From NCBI RefSeq assembly GCF_009914755.1, contig NC_060926.1: a DNA stretch of 64,000 bases. The stretch is one strand, 5' to 3'. Position 1 is the stretch's first letter. Every line of letters starts with the position of its first letter. Positions 26,402 to 42,128 of this stretch are shown here, in pieces. The position numbers were made by a program, and so were the translations under genes. Source of the DNA: the human T2T-CHM13v2.0 reference genome, Homo sapiens. The notes beneath the pieces are model-generated. The model saw only the letters and a program-made list of their open reading frames with translations. It did not search any database and was not told where the DNA came from.

Positions 26402-28868
26402 TAACAAAAGGGACGTTGTTGTCAAAGGGACAAGCCTCAGACTGGCTGTGCGTCAGTGATAGATGGGTCTCGCTCAGCCTCGCAGGCTGGGCACAGGGAT
26501 AAGGGCGAATTACTGATAGCAGCTCCCCGTCGTCCCCTCCTCGCTGCCCTGCCCTGCCTTTCTCCTGCAGTGCTTTGGTTCCACGTTTGCTTTGAACACT
26601 CAAAGGCTCCCATTTGTGTTGTATTTCCAGCTGCATAGAGATAAGCGTTAACCATTTGAAGGCACAAATCCATGTTCATTTGGGAAAAGATAAGATGCTA
26701 ATCTTCGAACTCAGATTTTTCAGCCCTCCTCCAAATTTTACATCCCAAAAAAGTCCCAAAGGGAGTCTGGTATGCTTTTCATTAGAATCAAATATAAATA
26801 ATTGCCAAAGTACGATTTGCCCTGAGGATTGAGTGCCTCAGTTCTCATAATATCCATTTAAATTAATTTTCCTTATCCATTGTTATAGTTATCACTCTCT
26901 TCCTCAAAATTGTCTTTTTCTTTCAGCTTAATATTAGCAATGTGTTCCTTAAAAAAAGAACCATTTTCCCATTATCAGTGAAACTCACTGGTTCCTATCC
27001 TTCTTGCAGAGTTCTTTTTTTTGGGTGATTAATGTGTTCAATTTGTGCCAGAGCTGATAAGCATTATGAGAGTAACAGATTCCACATGCTAAAGATAATC
27101 AAATCACCTATCTGGGGGTGATTTGCTGTAACTCATTCTACTTCAGGAAATAATAATGGAAAACTGGGAAGAAATGACTATGGATCCAATTTGCAAACAG
27201 CAAAGGAAAGTGGTATTTTATCTTTTGCTGAATTTCTCTATTGCAGGCCTGAAATTCTTTCACCAGGGCAGTACCTATGTCTGACCAGAGCAGGCATTAT
27301 TAGATGTACATAAAATTTTATTTCCTTTTCTATTTAACATGATTCAGATTTTAAATGTTAGCTTTCAAAAAATAGGATATTATATATTAAAAATTAATAT
27401 GTAATAGGATAAGGATGCAAACATCAAAGCAAATAGCAAATATAGAGAACTTCTTACCTAGGAACTAATTATAGTTAACCTCTTTGGGTTTCTTTGCTCA
27501 TTTCTAAAGTTAAAGGTAATGAGTTAATTTCTCAATTCTTTTTCAGTACTAAAAGTATTTGCTCATGTCTGTAGCTTACCAGATCCTTGGTTTTCTTCAG
27601 CCATACACAGTTTGGTTTGAAGAGGTACCGTGGATGGAGATAACATAATCGATGATGAATGACCCCTTCCTTATCTTCAAAGTTTAAATCTAACTGGAAA
27701 TATTATAAAATCTGTGAAAGACTGAAGAATTTTTAAGGGCACACTGTTTGTCTTATAACAGTAGTATATAGTTAGGAATGATCAGATTCAGTGTCATTTA
27801 TTTTTTTCCTGAAGGTAATGTTTGAAATAAGATTTAGCTGAAGGACTTTTAAAATTGTTACTTAGAGTTGTCTATAAGTTATGAAGTACCAAAATGTGAT
27901 TAGGATACTCTTTGTGTATGTTAGGGCAGGGTTTGTTGAGTTTGTGGCTCACTGTGCTAATTGAGTGTGGAGCGAGCCTATTAAATTTTTATTAAAGCAA
28001 GACATGCCATATTTTAAAACATCAAATGGTTCTAAAGTGTGTGGGGACTATAACAAACCCCACCCACTCCATTCTTGATTCCCACTCTCCGGAAGCAACC
28101 ACTTTCAGCACTTTGAAATCTTTTAGTTATTTATGGAATTTTCTTTCATAATTCAAAATAACATGTTATTGTTCTATTTCTTCATTTCGCTGTATTAAAA
28201 TAGCTAAGTAAGCATGCATATTTCCCACCCTATCATGTCACTATATGTAGTCAAAATTTTGGTTAAATAATTTGAGTGTTTATGTTATTTTGCCTATGTA
28301 CATATTCTTAATAATTGAGCAATATATTCGACTATGCTTATATTTCCTTTTACGTACAACTTTTTGTTCTCCCTAGAGTTGACTATTGCCTTGATTTTGG
28401 TTTCTTTTCTTAGTTCTCCATGTACCTATTACTATTTTGATCCCCAAGCAGATATATTAATCTCCTCTCAATATATGCAAACATATCAAGGAATCTGTTT
28501 ATTTTACCCCAAGGGAACAACTTTTCTGAAGCCCTCTGTTCTTTTTTTCAGTTTAGGAAGATCTGCTTTGGCCTGCTATACAACTATTAAGGAGGGAATT
28601 TATTTCACTTTCTGAGAATCATTTTCTTTCTCCATTATTTGATTCCCTGATTCTATATCTCATGCCTTTCTTTTCTTTGTTTCCTCGGTCCTTTGTTTCC
28701 TGAACAATTCTTTAAGAACTTTAAGAGTGAACGAGAGGTAAACTTTTTGAGACTTTGTATGTTTAAAAATCCCTTGGTTCTATGTTAATCGTTTGACTGG
28801 ATATAGAACTCTATACTGAAAATGGTTTTGTATAATAGATCTAAAGGTACTTTTCCACTGTCTTTTAG

Positions 28869-28887
28869 ATACCAGAATTGCTGTTAA
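28869..28887 (+). CDS. HNMT: HNMT alternative terminal exon, coding part (51-aa isoform ending …GIIGR-YQNCC*)
   Basis: Acceptor ttttccactgtcttttag|A; joined to exon 1 gives AGA TAC CAG AAT TGC TGT TAA; matches the short HNMT isoform as I recall it. Confidence 0.8.
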
Positions 28888-28900
28888 CAAATAAAATACT

Positions 28901-29190
28901 GGCCAGATGTGTTGGTTCACGCCTGTAATCCTAGCACTTCGGGAGGCTGAGGCGGGAGGATTACTTGAGCCTAGGAGTTTGAGACCAGCCTGGGCAACAT
29001 AGCAAGATCCCATCTCTACAAAAAAGTGAAAAAGTTAGCTGAACAAGGCGGCATGCACATGCTACTCCAGACGCTGAAGTGGGAAGATCACTTAAGTCCG
29101 AGAGATCGAGGCTTCAGTGAGATATGGCTGAGACACTGCTCTCAGCCTGGATGACAGAGTGAGAACCTGTCTCAAACAAGAGAAAAAAAT
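28901..29190 (+). mobile_element. AluJ forming the 3'UTR of the short isoform
   Basis: Dimeric AluJ; TSD aaataaaatact (28889-28900) / aaatcaaatgct (29191-29202); AATAAA at 29188-29193. Confidence 0.9.
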
Positions 29191-30769
29191 AAATCAAATG
29201 CTATTCAAAATTCTCATCCTTGGCATGTGGAATAACTTTTACATTGCTATGTGTTTTGTTTTCCCTATTTTGAACTTTTTAGAATCTTCTTACGTCTAGT
29301 ATTCTGAAATTTTAAAATACTGAGCTGTGAAATGGTTCCTTTTTACCCATTTTATGGGTACTCCCTGGGCTATTTCAATTGAGATTCAGATCCTTCAGTT
29401 ATGAGGAACTTTGGTAATCATTCTTCACCACTGTTTTCTTTTTCTGGAACTTTTATTCATCAAATACTTCCTGGATTGATTACCTAATTTTCTTATATTT
29501 CCAGTTTGCTACAACTTTCCTCTTTCAGCCCATCTATTAACTTTTTACTATTATATTTTTAATTTCCAAGAATGTTTTCTATAGCATTCTTTTCATCATT
29601 CCCAGATGTAATACCTTCTTATTCATTACAAAATGTTCCTCTGCTCTCTCTGCCTCTTTCCATCTCTGTTTCTTATGTTAGACAGCTCCCCAACCACCTA
29701 AAGAGCCTTGGTTTTCTATTCAATCAAATAATGAGGCACTAAAAGGTAGTCAGATTCTCTTTGTGTAAGTCAGGGCAGGGTTTGTTGAGTGAGTAGCTCA
29801 CTGAATAATTGAGTGTGGACTCAGCTCTTTCCTGGGAGATCCTCAGATATAAAATCATGTTAACTTTATCACTGAGATGATTTGTTTCCCTATAGAGGAA
29901 TTCTTCAATCCCCTATTTGAGGGTAGATGGTGGGGCAGGGCTTGGGGGCAGGAAAAATTATAGTAAATAACTATAAATAGTAAAGTTGGTTATTGTTGTT
30001 GCATATAAAACATTTAAATCCTTGGCTAGAAAATAGTAAGTTTTCAATAATTATTTGATGTCATTATAATATGTGAAATGGGATGAATAATAGTATCTAA
30101 CTCATAGAGGAATTTCAAGGATTCAAAGAGTTAATTCACATAAATCACTTACATGTACCTAGAATCATAATAATTGCTAATATATGTGGAGTGCTTGTCA
30201 TGTGCAGATACATTTCTAAGAGATTTGCATGAATTAAATCATTGAATCCTCACAACTTCTCCATGAATTAGAAACAGTTATTAATAATCCTACAAGAGAG
30301 ATGATATTATTATCTTATTTCACAGAGATGTCAAATAACTTGCTCAAGGTAACATAACAGTAACCTGGGATTTCAACTTGGGTGCTCTGCTTCATAGCCT
30401 CCCTATGCTGTCATAGATGTAAGCATTTTAAAGAATGAACAAAAGGTGTAGATAGAAATGGATGTGTTAGGACTCAGGATTATGAGTTGGAGGATAATTA
30501 GAATTGAAGAAGGCAAATCATTTATAGGTGTTCTCGACCCTAGACTTTGCAAGATTCCTTTAGAACCTTACTTCAATTTTTGTTCCCATCCTGTGACTGA
30601 GCAGGCTTTTTGCACTGTAGACAAAACACAGTTTTGTTTGCCATCCCAAAGTCCAAAGAAACAAACACCATCCTTTTCCCTTCATGGTTCTCCTACAGCA
30701 GTCATCTCTTTTCCTTCTCTCTTTCACCCTGTTTCAACAGACTGTAGATCTGCTTCCTCATTTTTGAGC

Positions 30770-31530
30770 TCAGTTTTAATCCCATTGCCATCTGACTTCA
30801 GTCTTCAATCTTCTTTTACAACTGCCATTACTAAAGACACTCGTATTGCCAAATTCGATGGAGATTTTTCCTTTTTTAAGTAGTACACTCTGCTGCTTTT
30901 GCCATGACGACGGGCTTTCTCTGCCTCCAATTACTCTGGTACCTCTCTGTGCTTTATTTCTTTTCTTCTCTGTCTTCTTTGTATATTCTTCACAATCCAG
31001 TGATCTTTAGAAGTTGGTATTGCATCACCATCCACTACTACTATAACTCTGCAATATCTTTGGGTGATGGAATCTACTTTTCTAGCACTGACCATTACTT
31101 TATGATGATGATTCTCCAGAATACATCATTGACCCTGATTTCTCTCCTCCCAGCTTAAATCTTGCAAATCCAAATGTCTGCTGAATTCGTATTTATTTTT
31201 TTTAAAAGCCCTGACAAAACATAAGCTTGCTGCCAAACTGTATTTCTCAGCTTCCTTTTTGGCATCACCCTTTGCCCAGTCATCCAAGCCTGAAACAGGG
31301 AAGTCACTGTGCATTCATATTTTTTTCTGACCTCTTCACATCAATCTAACAGCAAGTCCTACTGGCTTATTTCCCAATCTGTCCACTCCACTCTATTTCT
31401 AGTACCTGAGTCATAATTCGGGCTTTATTATCTCACATTTCATTTTGAGAGCAAAGTGATATCTGTTTTTTTAATGCCTAGGATAGAATACACATAATGC
31501 ATGTTTAATAAACACTTGTTCATTAAAAGG
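30770..31530 (+). mobile_element. L2 LINE remnant
   Basis: L2-like ORF2 remnants (…actgccattactaaagacac…ttgccaaattc…ccctgatttctctcctccc…) and 3' end tttaataaacacttgttcatt. Confidence 0.6.
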
Positions 31531-31936
31531 AAGGTTAAAAAAAGGGGGAGGAAAGAAGGCAAACATTATAGATAGTGGGAACCAGCTGAGCCTTTCCTTT
31601 ATCTACGATGAGTGGCTTATTATATGACTAGACTCAAAACTCCACTTTTTCTGTTCTTGTTCTCCAAGCCATAACCAAACAAATGGCATTTTGTACCTCT
31701 GATATGTACATACTGCCATTTCCAAGTCTCCCAGTTAAAGATTGTTAATGAATAAAACCTATATTTTGAAATATACTCTAAAGATGGCAATATAACTGAT
31801 ATAATTGGAACATTTCATGTTGGCCTAGTTTTCATTCATTGTATTTTTAGTCTGTTCTCTTCAACTAGACTAGATAATCAGATTTCACAAAGCACCTAAC
31901 ACATTTTTCTAAAACTACATAATTTTTTTCTTTCAG

Positions 31937-31989
31937 GATTGGAGACACAAAATCAGAAATTAAGATTCTAAGCATAGGCGGAGGTGCAG
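31937..31989 (+). CDS. HNMT: HNMT coding exon 2 (aa 46-64; start of SAM-binding motif I)
   Basis: Acceptor ttttttctttcag|G; (R)IGDTKSEIKILSIGGGA(G); donor CAG|gtatga; 53 nt. Confidence 0.98.
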
Positions 31990-32410
31990 GTATGAGTAAT
32001 ATATTTTTAAAGTTCATATTTCACTTTAACCATTATGCTGTGTGATGACAATATTGTTCATTTTTTAGGAAGACTTTTTTTTTTTGCTTTTGGAAGAGAT
32101 CGGCTTATTAAAACTAGCAATATTACTTCAACTAACATTAATGCCCCCATAGATTTACAGGGTTTAGGACATTAGCCTTCATTACTATCTCTATTGTGAA
32201 TAAGTGATGTGACTTGTTCTTTTGATAGATGAAAAATCAAATAGGATAACTTTAAGGATAACTCTTATCCAAAATGATTAAAATACTCACAGAAAAGGAA
32301 AATCTCATAATAAGCTTCTTAAGTTTGTGCCATTTAAAACCTTGTTCATGGACTGGTTACTGTTTTCAAACTGTTATTGGTCCATGTGAAGATCTGAAAT
32401 GTGCACAGGA

Positions 32411-32792
<382 letters not shown>

Positions 32793-32938
32793 TCACCATG
32801 GGGAAAAATGTGCTCAGTGACAGAGTTAATTTACATTCTTGTGAACTCATTCTTTGAGTGGCATGGGCCTAATCTGTTCCCTTCCTCTTACTCAGTTCCA
32901 AAACTGAATGCTTAGAATTACCTCTAGCATTCAGATAA

Positions 32939-33240
<302 letters not shown>

Positions 33241-33859
33241 CTAAGCATACTTTTATAGGCATTTTATAGTGTCATTACTTTTAGATCCAGTGCTTTCATT
33301 CTAGGGGAAAATTTAAAGTCTGGAAAGGTAGATGGACACAGGTAACTCAGCCTCCAGTGAAATTTATGATCTTGGCTAAAACATCAGTAAAATGGGAACA
33401 ATGAATTTTATCTCATAAGGTTGTAGTAAGAGTGATATAGGTAACATTTACAAAGTGCTTAGGACATTCTTATTGCTCCTGGAGAGTGAAGGCTATTCCC
33501 TTCTGCAAAAGTAAAATAAGTTTCATCTCAAGACTTTTCCTAATATCAACTCCTGAACAGTGTTTGCCTTTTTTTAAGTCATCTGGAAGTTTGGGTTAAT
33601 GCATTAATATATAAAATATGTAGATATATTATTTATATATTTATCTTTAGTTATTTTCTTTTGTCTGAGTGATAGTTCAGTAATGGTTACAACTCGATAT
33701 CAAGTGGACACTATTGTCACTTGTAACTTAATGCCAAGTGGTAATCCCTTGAACCTCTTAAGTATAAGTGTTCTAGTGCCCCATGAATGAGTTGAACTGT
33801 GGCTCATATTAACACAAAGATAACTAAGAGCTCTCTAATGAAATGAGATCACTGATTTT

Positions 33860-34168
33860 TTGTTTTTGTTTTTTGTTTGTTTTTTGAGATGGAGTCTCGC
33901 TCTGTTGCCCAGGCTAGAGTACAGTGGCATGATCTTGGCTCACTGCAACCTCTGCCTCCTGGGTTCAAGCAATTCTCCCTGCCTCAGTCTCCCGAGTAGC
34001 TGGGATTACAGGAAACTGCCACCACACCCGTCTAATTTTTGTATTTTTTAGTAGAGAAGGGTTTCACCATGTTGGCCAGGCTAGTCTCGAACTCCTTACC
34101 TCAGGTGATTTGTCTGCCTCGGCCTCCCAAAGTGCTGAGATTACAGGCATGAGCCACCATGCCCGACA
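33860..34168 (-). mobile_element. AluS
   Basis: Antisense dimer; TSD gagatcactgatttt / gagatcactaatttt. Confidence 0.95.
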
Positions 34169-36864
34169 GAGATCACTAATTTTTAATGTCATTATTTGTT
34201 AATTTTTCATGAAATACACTGTGATATAGTGTAATAAGAACTAATCATTAAAATCATTTTACTTTATTATCATCTTTCACCAAGAAAATAGAAACCAACA
34301 AAGACAGACAATGAAGGGAATTGTCATGAACAATACCATAGAGGGTATTTAAGCTAAAATACTTTATTATTGGTTATACTTTAAGTCCCCAAAATTATAA
34401 TAGTTATGAATTGTCTAAAGAATGTCTTATTAATTCATTTAACCAAGACAGTTATTTCCTGTGTGTTTTGGATATGAGTTTCAGGCAACCAACAGGCAAT
34501 GAGACTATCATTTGATAGTGTCACTTGTGCTTGGACAAGAAAAGAAGGCCTACAAGAAAAAGTAATTAAAAACAATCTCTATCATGGCCAAGTTAATTGA
34601 CCTTTTAATATAAAGTTAATTGAATTTCTAATGCAAATTTATCCAGATGCTTATAAGCTATCTAGAGAAAGGAACGTTTGGCCTGCACAGTGAGTCCTTA
34701 CATAAAGGTGCACATGGAAGCTAATACAGAGAACTTAACAAAATAAAGGGAACAACTCTTGGAGTTCTTCTGACTGAGCCCTAATAATGTATTAATAACA
34801 AACTCCACCTTGGGGAGAATGTGGGTGCCCTTTAAGGTCACTTTTCATAAGAAATCAATCAGAAATGTAAGAAAAACTCCAAGAAAAATTTAAGTTATAT
34901 ATACTTAGCTTTCACTACCCAACTAAGTTATATGAAATCAAAAGCAATGCATTTAAAATCCCTAGGTCTAGGTGTCTGTTGCTTGAAAGAACAGTGTTTT
35001 GAGGGGAAAGGACACTCTACTTCAGTTAGTTTGAGTGCTCATGTAGCAACTGGGAGATGGTTATCTAATCACCTATTATGGCCTGACTACAAGCATCAGG
35101 CAGAACAATGCATTACTATACAGCAAGGAACTTTCTATCCTTGCCTTAGAGAAATGGTCTCCCCACATATTCTAAGATCTACAGGGTGCCTGAGAGTTTT
35201 GTATTGTCCCATGGCTTGAGTATCCTTCCAAATCATTCATTAAACTCCAGTCCCTAGCAAATGAGGTCATTGATCCTGTTCACTCCTTTGTGCTCAGCTC
35301 CTGTAATGTATCTCATAGGGTCCCATTTCTGTCTTAGTTTACAGGTTTTATTACCTCAAGTTTCTTTCCTTGTTTGCACAGATAGATAGGCACATGGCTT
35401 TGGTGCAAATATTCTCTAAGCATTCATAATGGTGCTACCACTTCTCCCACCGTGCTTCAAAAACACACAAAAGAAAACCAGCTAAAAGCCTTCCTAGATG
35501 AAACTGCTACTTTTATACCACTTAATTCTCATGGTTTTTTTTGGGGGGGGGTGGTCTATTTGATTTTTTTCAGAAACATGAGCAGGGAGGGGATGCACAT
35601 ATGCCCTATCGATTAGCCTCTCCTCTTGAGTCTGGTGTTTGTGTGGAAAGAGTTTTCATAGTTTAAGAGAGATTGTGAGGTTTTTGCAAAGGTGCTTGGC
35701 ACTTCAGTTTAGATGCGAAGCAATTATTAGGGCTCTGAGAAGTTCAAAAGAAAGGTAGATGACTCTGAGTCATCTACCATATCAATAAATTATAACTGGT
35801 AAATAACACTGTTATCCATAGATTACACATTCTAATGTTAGGAAAATGTATGAAATAAATATTATATGAACCCAATAGGAAGAAAGAGAGGAAAACAAAC
35901 CATGAACAGAAAAACAGACCATGTAGCTTTTACAGAGACCAAACTTGGAAGTGTAAAATTATGCATGTATGTTCATGTATATGAGTTTGTGTGCTTTAAT
36001 GAGACAAAATGAGTGGCCAGAATTGCTTTATTCAGGGTCTTGAAGTATTCATGTTGTTAATTTCTGCAATTGTTTTTAGGTTTTGAGAGTAATGCATATA
36101 TTCTAAATCTCATAGAACATGCTTCTGGGTCCATCAACATTGGTGCTTCCTTAAATTAAACCTCTTGATGGGGGTTTTCATTATTATTCAACCTCTAATG
36201 AGTGTTGTCTTCATGCTAGATGGTACGTGGGAAAAAAGAAACCCATATTCTTTTTGGTAAGAGAGAATGCTATTAATTTACAGTGCATATATTTATACCT
36301 GAAAACATGTTCCAGAAAGCAGTCACGGCCAATGTGTTCTCCTTGCTCTGGGCTCTGCTTAAAGGATAATCATTTTATCTGTCCCACTGTTTGGTTCTTA
36401 TGTTCAAATGCCAGAAAGTTTTTTAAGAGTTAGACAGAGCTGTAACTCAAATAATCACATTTAATCCAGCTTCGTACTTCTATTTTCATTAACCTATTGT
36501 ATATTAACTCAACCACTATACCATTGCTATACCAATAATTGTATATACATTTATAGATAAATTTTTTAACCCACTCAAGCAACTCATATATGAAATACAG
36601 GTGTTATCAACCCTCATAATATTTTTTGTAATAATTTTTCTGACATATGTTGAGACCAGTTTGATGGGTCTCCTGTTCTGCAGCATATAGACACCAGCAT
36701 TTCTACAGAGGTTAAAACCTAGAAGAAAATTTACAGACCATCAACACTCTCACTTCACAAATAAGAAACCTGGGGACCATCAAGGCAGAAGAAAACCCAG
36801 ATCTCTTGACTTTAGTCCAGTCCAACAAATTGTACTAAACAGATTTAATAGTTAATTCTTAACC

Positions 36865-37302
36865 TGGTAAGGGAGAAAGTGTCTGAGACAGCTCTCAATC
36901 AATTTAGAGGTTTATTTTACCAAGGTTGAGGATGCAACTGAGAAAAAGAGACCTAGGTTGCAGTAGCATCTGTGATCTGTGCTTTTTCCAAAGAGGTGTT
37001 TGAAGGCTTCAATATTTAAAGGGGGAAGAGCAGCAGGAGAGAAGGAGGAAAGAAAAAAATAGGGAGGGTAGGGAGTAAGGTAAGTGGTCACTTTCTTGTG
37101 AGGGTTTGATCAGTACTCACTGAATCCACATGTTATATGTAAAAGGAGGGGGGCCACATGGAGAAATAGTGGCCTTCTGTCATTGCACCTATCTGTTTAG
37201 GTACAAAAGGGAAGGCAGTTTTTGTGTGACCCAGTTCTCAAGTGTAACTCTTCCTTTTAACATAGTGAGTTTGGAGTCCCAGGATTTTATTTTCCTTTCA
37301 CA
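36865..37302 (-). mobile_element. MER4-family ERV1 solo LTR
   Basis: Minus strand begins tgtgaaaggaaaataaaatcctgggactccaaactcacta, characteristic of MER4. Confidence 0.8.
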
Positions 37303-37569
37303 GGAGAGATTAGGTACTTAGCAATGACTAGCTATTTGAAAATCTAACCTTATCAGATTATTAACCTTGTCTCCTTTCATAAATAACATGTTAAGGTAAC
37401 ACAGAAGCTTAATACTTTAAGCTGATTGGATGGCAGTAGAATGAATGTAATTCAAGTAGGAACTGGAAGATCCAGTGTGTCAGGTTTAGAAACTAGGAGG
37501 TGGCAGGAAGCAAAGGTTAATGTTTACCAATGATCCATAGTAAGCCAACAGTACAGATCAACAAACTTA

Positions 37570-38138
<569 letters not shown>

Positions 38139-40101
38139 TTACAGATATGTTATGGAAGGGACTTAGGCACTGATTTTCTTGTGTGTTTGGGCCATCAAAC
38201 GTGCTTTCAGTCTTGAAATCTTGTTTTATGAGTCACCTTCTAGAAAAGAGGTAGGAATATTTTTCGGAGTAGTGTGGCTATTACCATGTTTGCTGTATTG
38301 AGGAAGCGGTATTCTAATGGGGTTTCTAGACCTGCAGACAACTTTGGGAATGGATTTTAATTGCTTATAACTAAAAATGAGTAAAAACTAGTACTTATAT
38401 GCAGCATCATAGCAGTTAACTCCTTTACCAGAAGGATATAGATTATAATCATAAACTAATCTACAAGATTTAGAACTACTTTACATAAACACAGTTATAG
38501 TTTGGGGCATCATTTTATTAAAGGCATTTGTTAAATATATGATTAAAAAATAAAGTATTCTTCATAAATAATTTTACCAAAATAGCTTACCCCATTGTAT
38601 TGTATTTAAAACTTTCAGTGAGCATTGAGCTATTGTTAAAGACAGATAAGTTACAGATTCAAGAGAAGGGAGCATAGTGTTAGAACACTGGAGTGATTGT
38701 CATTAAAAGCAGAGTAAACAAGATTGTTTTGGCTAATTCAATAAGGTTAGAAACAGCAAAACAAGGGATAATGAACCAAGTGAGGACAAAACTATCATTG
38801 CAGATTAAATGACTGTATACTTACAAAAGCAAATAAACTTAGTTCTAAAGCCTTATAATTAATAAGAATGCAGCAATGGGCTTAAACAGGTAAAATAGAA
38901 AAAAAGCAGTATGTTAGGTTCTTATTTTGTTTTGTTGTTGTTAACGTTTGAGTGTTTTCCATTCCCAATTTTGATTATTTACAATCTACATAAAAGTCCA
39001 TGGCATGTGTTTATCTGTAATTTTGCTGAAGGGCAAATTTGTATCTTGCCAGTTTTTGTGCCATTTTGGTCTGCAATCTCTTAATCAGTGAATAAGTTTC
39101 CTCCTGACAGTCATGCTGTATAAAACTTTGCAATTTAATATACACAGTCATGCAACTCTGGTGTAGGTGACTTGTTGTTATCTTCATTTTATAGATAGTG
39201 AACCTAATAATATATGCCTGAAGGGGATTGGGGGGGTTGCAGGGATTGAGATCAATTCCTTGGGTCTCCTTCAGCTTGATCTCTATTAACAATAACAATC
39301 TGAGAGAAACGACGAAAAAATATTTGGTTAATTAGCTAATAATATATTTTATTCAAAATATAAAAAATTTAAAGAAAAGTTCAAATGTTTGCTAAGAATA
39401 ATTCAAAAAGACTTAAAAAGCTAATAACATATAATACTGATGAGGTTACAGTGATATGGAAGTTTTCATGTGCAAAAGGTAAAGGTATGAAATTAAAATT
39501 TCCCTGAAAGTAATTTGGCATTATATAGCAAGAACAGTTCTGATTTTCATCTAATATGCCCTGGCCTGGCCCTGCTGGTTGTTAAAAATATTGAAATTCT
39601 TGATAAACAGCTACTCTTCTTCCATATTATCACAGCCCCAGATACTGCTTCAGTGCTTTCTCCTGGATATCCCACCTTGCCTCCCCGCCCCCCATCTCCA
39701 GGGCTCCAGCAATTGGCCTGGCCTTGCCAGTCCAGGAGGGCTGCTAGGACTGTGCTACAGTTCCTCAGCCTGCATCCTTTCTGAGCACCTGCCACCCTTG
39801 GACTTGAGCTTTTTGTGGTGGTTGTTATTGTTGTTTATCACTGTTTTTAAAAATATCATCACAGATCAAGAGTCTTATTCCAATCATTAATTCCCATTAT
39901 GGAAATTAACTTAAAAAAGTAAGATTTTTGCACAAAAATTTATGGCTCATTTTCAGTCTCCTCACAATACCAAAATATCTAAAACTATATATGAGACCAA
40001 CGATAGTGAATTTTAAGTATATTTATATACGTATATATTAACTATACTATAGTTATGTATGTATATATTAACTGTAATATAATATTACATAATTATATAA
40101 T

Positions 40102-40640
40102 ATATGATTATATAATATAGTATTATACAATACATATGATTATATAATATAGTATTATACAATACATATGATTATATAATATAGTATTATATACAATACA
40201 TATGATTAGATAATATAGTATTATACAATACATATGATTAGATAATATAGTATTATACAATACATATGATTATATAATATAGTATATACAATACATATGA
40301 TTAGATAATATAGTATTATACAATACATATGACTAGATAATATAGTATTATACAATACATATGATATAATATAGTATTATACAATACATATGATTAGATA
40401 ATATAGTATTATACAATACATATGATTAGATAATATAGTATTATACAATACATATGATTAGATAATATAGTATTATACAATACATATGATTAGATAATAT
40501 AGTATTATACAATACATATGATTATATAATATAGTATTATACAATACATATGATTATATAATATAGTATTATATAATACTTTATAATTATGTAATATAGT
40601 ATTATATAATACTTTATAATTATGTAATATAGTATAATTA
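40102..40640. repeat. 32-bp AT-rich minisatellite (about 15 copies plus 2 variant units) within a ~1-kb AT low-complexity tract (about 40020-41050)
   Basis: Unit ATATGATTA(G/T)ATAATATAGTATTATACAATAC; period 32 (e.g. acaatac at 40381 and 40413). Confidence 0.95.
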
Positions 40641-41036
40641 TATAATTTAGTATTATATAATAGTCTTATATAATAAATAGTATAAAGTATACTCCATATT
40701 ACATAATTATAATAGGTAGTATACATAAAATAGGTAATCTATTATATTACATATAATAAGTAATATATAATATATATAATTGGTAATACATTATATAATA
40801 TTCTTATATAATATACTATATAGGCATACTATAATAGTAAATTGTATAATATATAGCATAGTTCATATATGTTTATAGTATAGTTATATATATTATGTGT
40901 TATATATAGTACATAATATATAAAGTATAATTTATGTTATATAAGACAAACTATATGTAAAATTATATATTCACATATAAAATATATCCATATATATTTC
41001 CATATATAAAGTATATATAAATACAAATATAAATGA

Positions 41037-41343
<307 letters not shown>

Positions 41344-41680
41344 ATACTTTTATTTTATTTATATTATATATGAAAGATTAATAATTAAATGAATTATTTC
41401 ACATGTCCATTTAAGAGAATATAGTATAGCCACTACAAATAACACATTAAAATAAATTTTGATATATTCATAGTTTAACACTCAAGAGAAAGGCAAAATA
41501 ATTTATATACATAATAATCTCACCTAGATAGACTAAGAAAAAAATTGATTTGATCAATGGAGAAAAATAAAAGTTTAGGAAGCAGTGAGATGTTTCTTTT
41601 CTACTTTTTACCTTTCTCTATGTCCTGAGTTTTCTGCATTATTAATTTTTAGCCAGAGAGAGAAAAAAACAAAACTATAA

Positions 41681-42128
<448 letters not shown>

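Larger units (their letters stand above)
27980..29950 (-). mobile_element. HAL1 (half-L1) or old L1M element, interrupted by AluJ
   Basis: Minus-strand translation TAILVSKRQWKSTFRSIIQNHFQYRVLYPVKRL resembles the L1 ORF1 C-terminus (ARREWGPIFNILKEKNFQPRISYPAKL); followed by a 3'UTR-like tail with no ORF2; HAL1-like 5' segment at 29730-29930. Confidence 0.65.

Noticed and set aside
26440-26590. GC-richer patch with a few CpGs at the start of intron 1 as a CpG island
   Set aside because: Too short (about 150 bp) and too CpG-sparse
30458-30883. 141-aa ORF in intron 1
   Set aside because: Runs into degenerate L2 sequence, is Ser/Phe-biased and has no homology I can recognise
40102-40640. 32-bp periodic array as a CRISPR-like locus
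   Set aside because: Units are head-to-tail with no unique spacers and no cas genes; eukaryotic minisatellite
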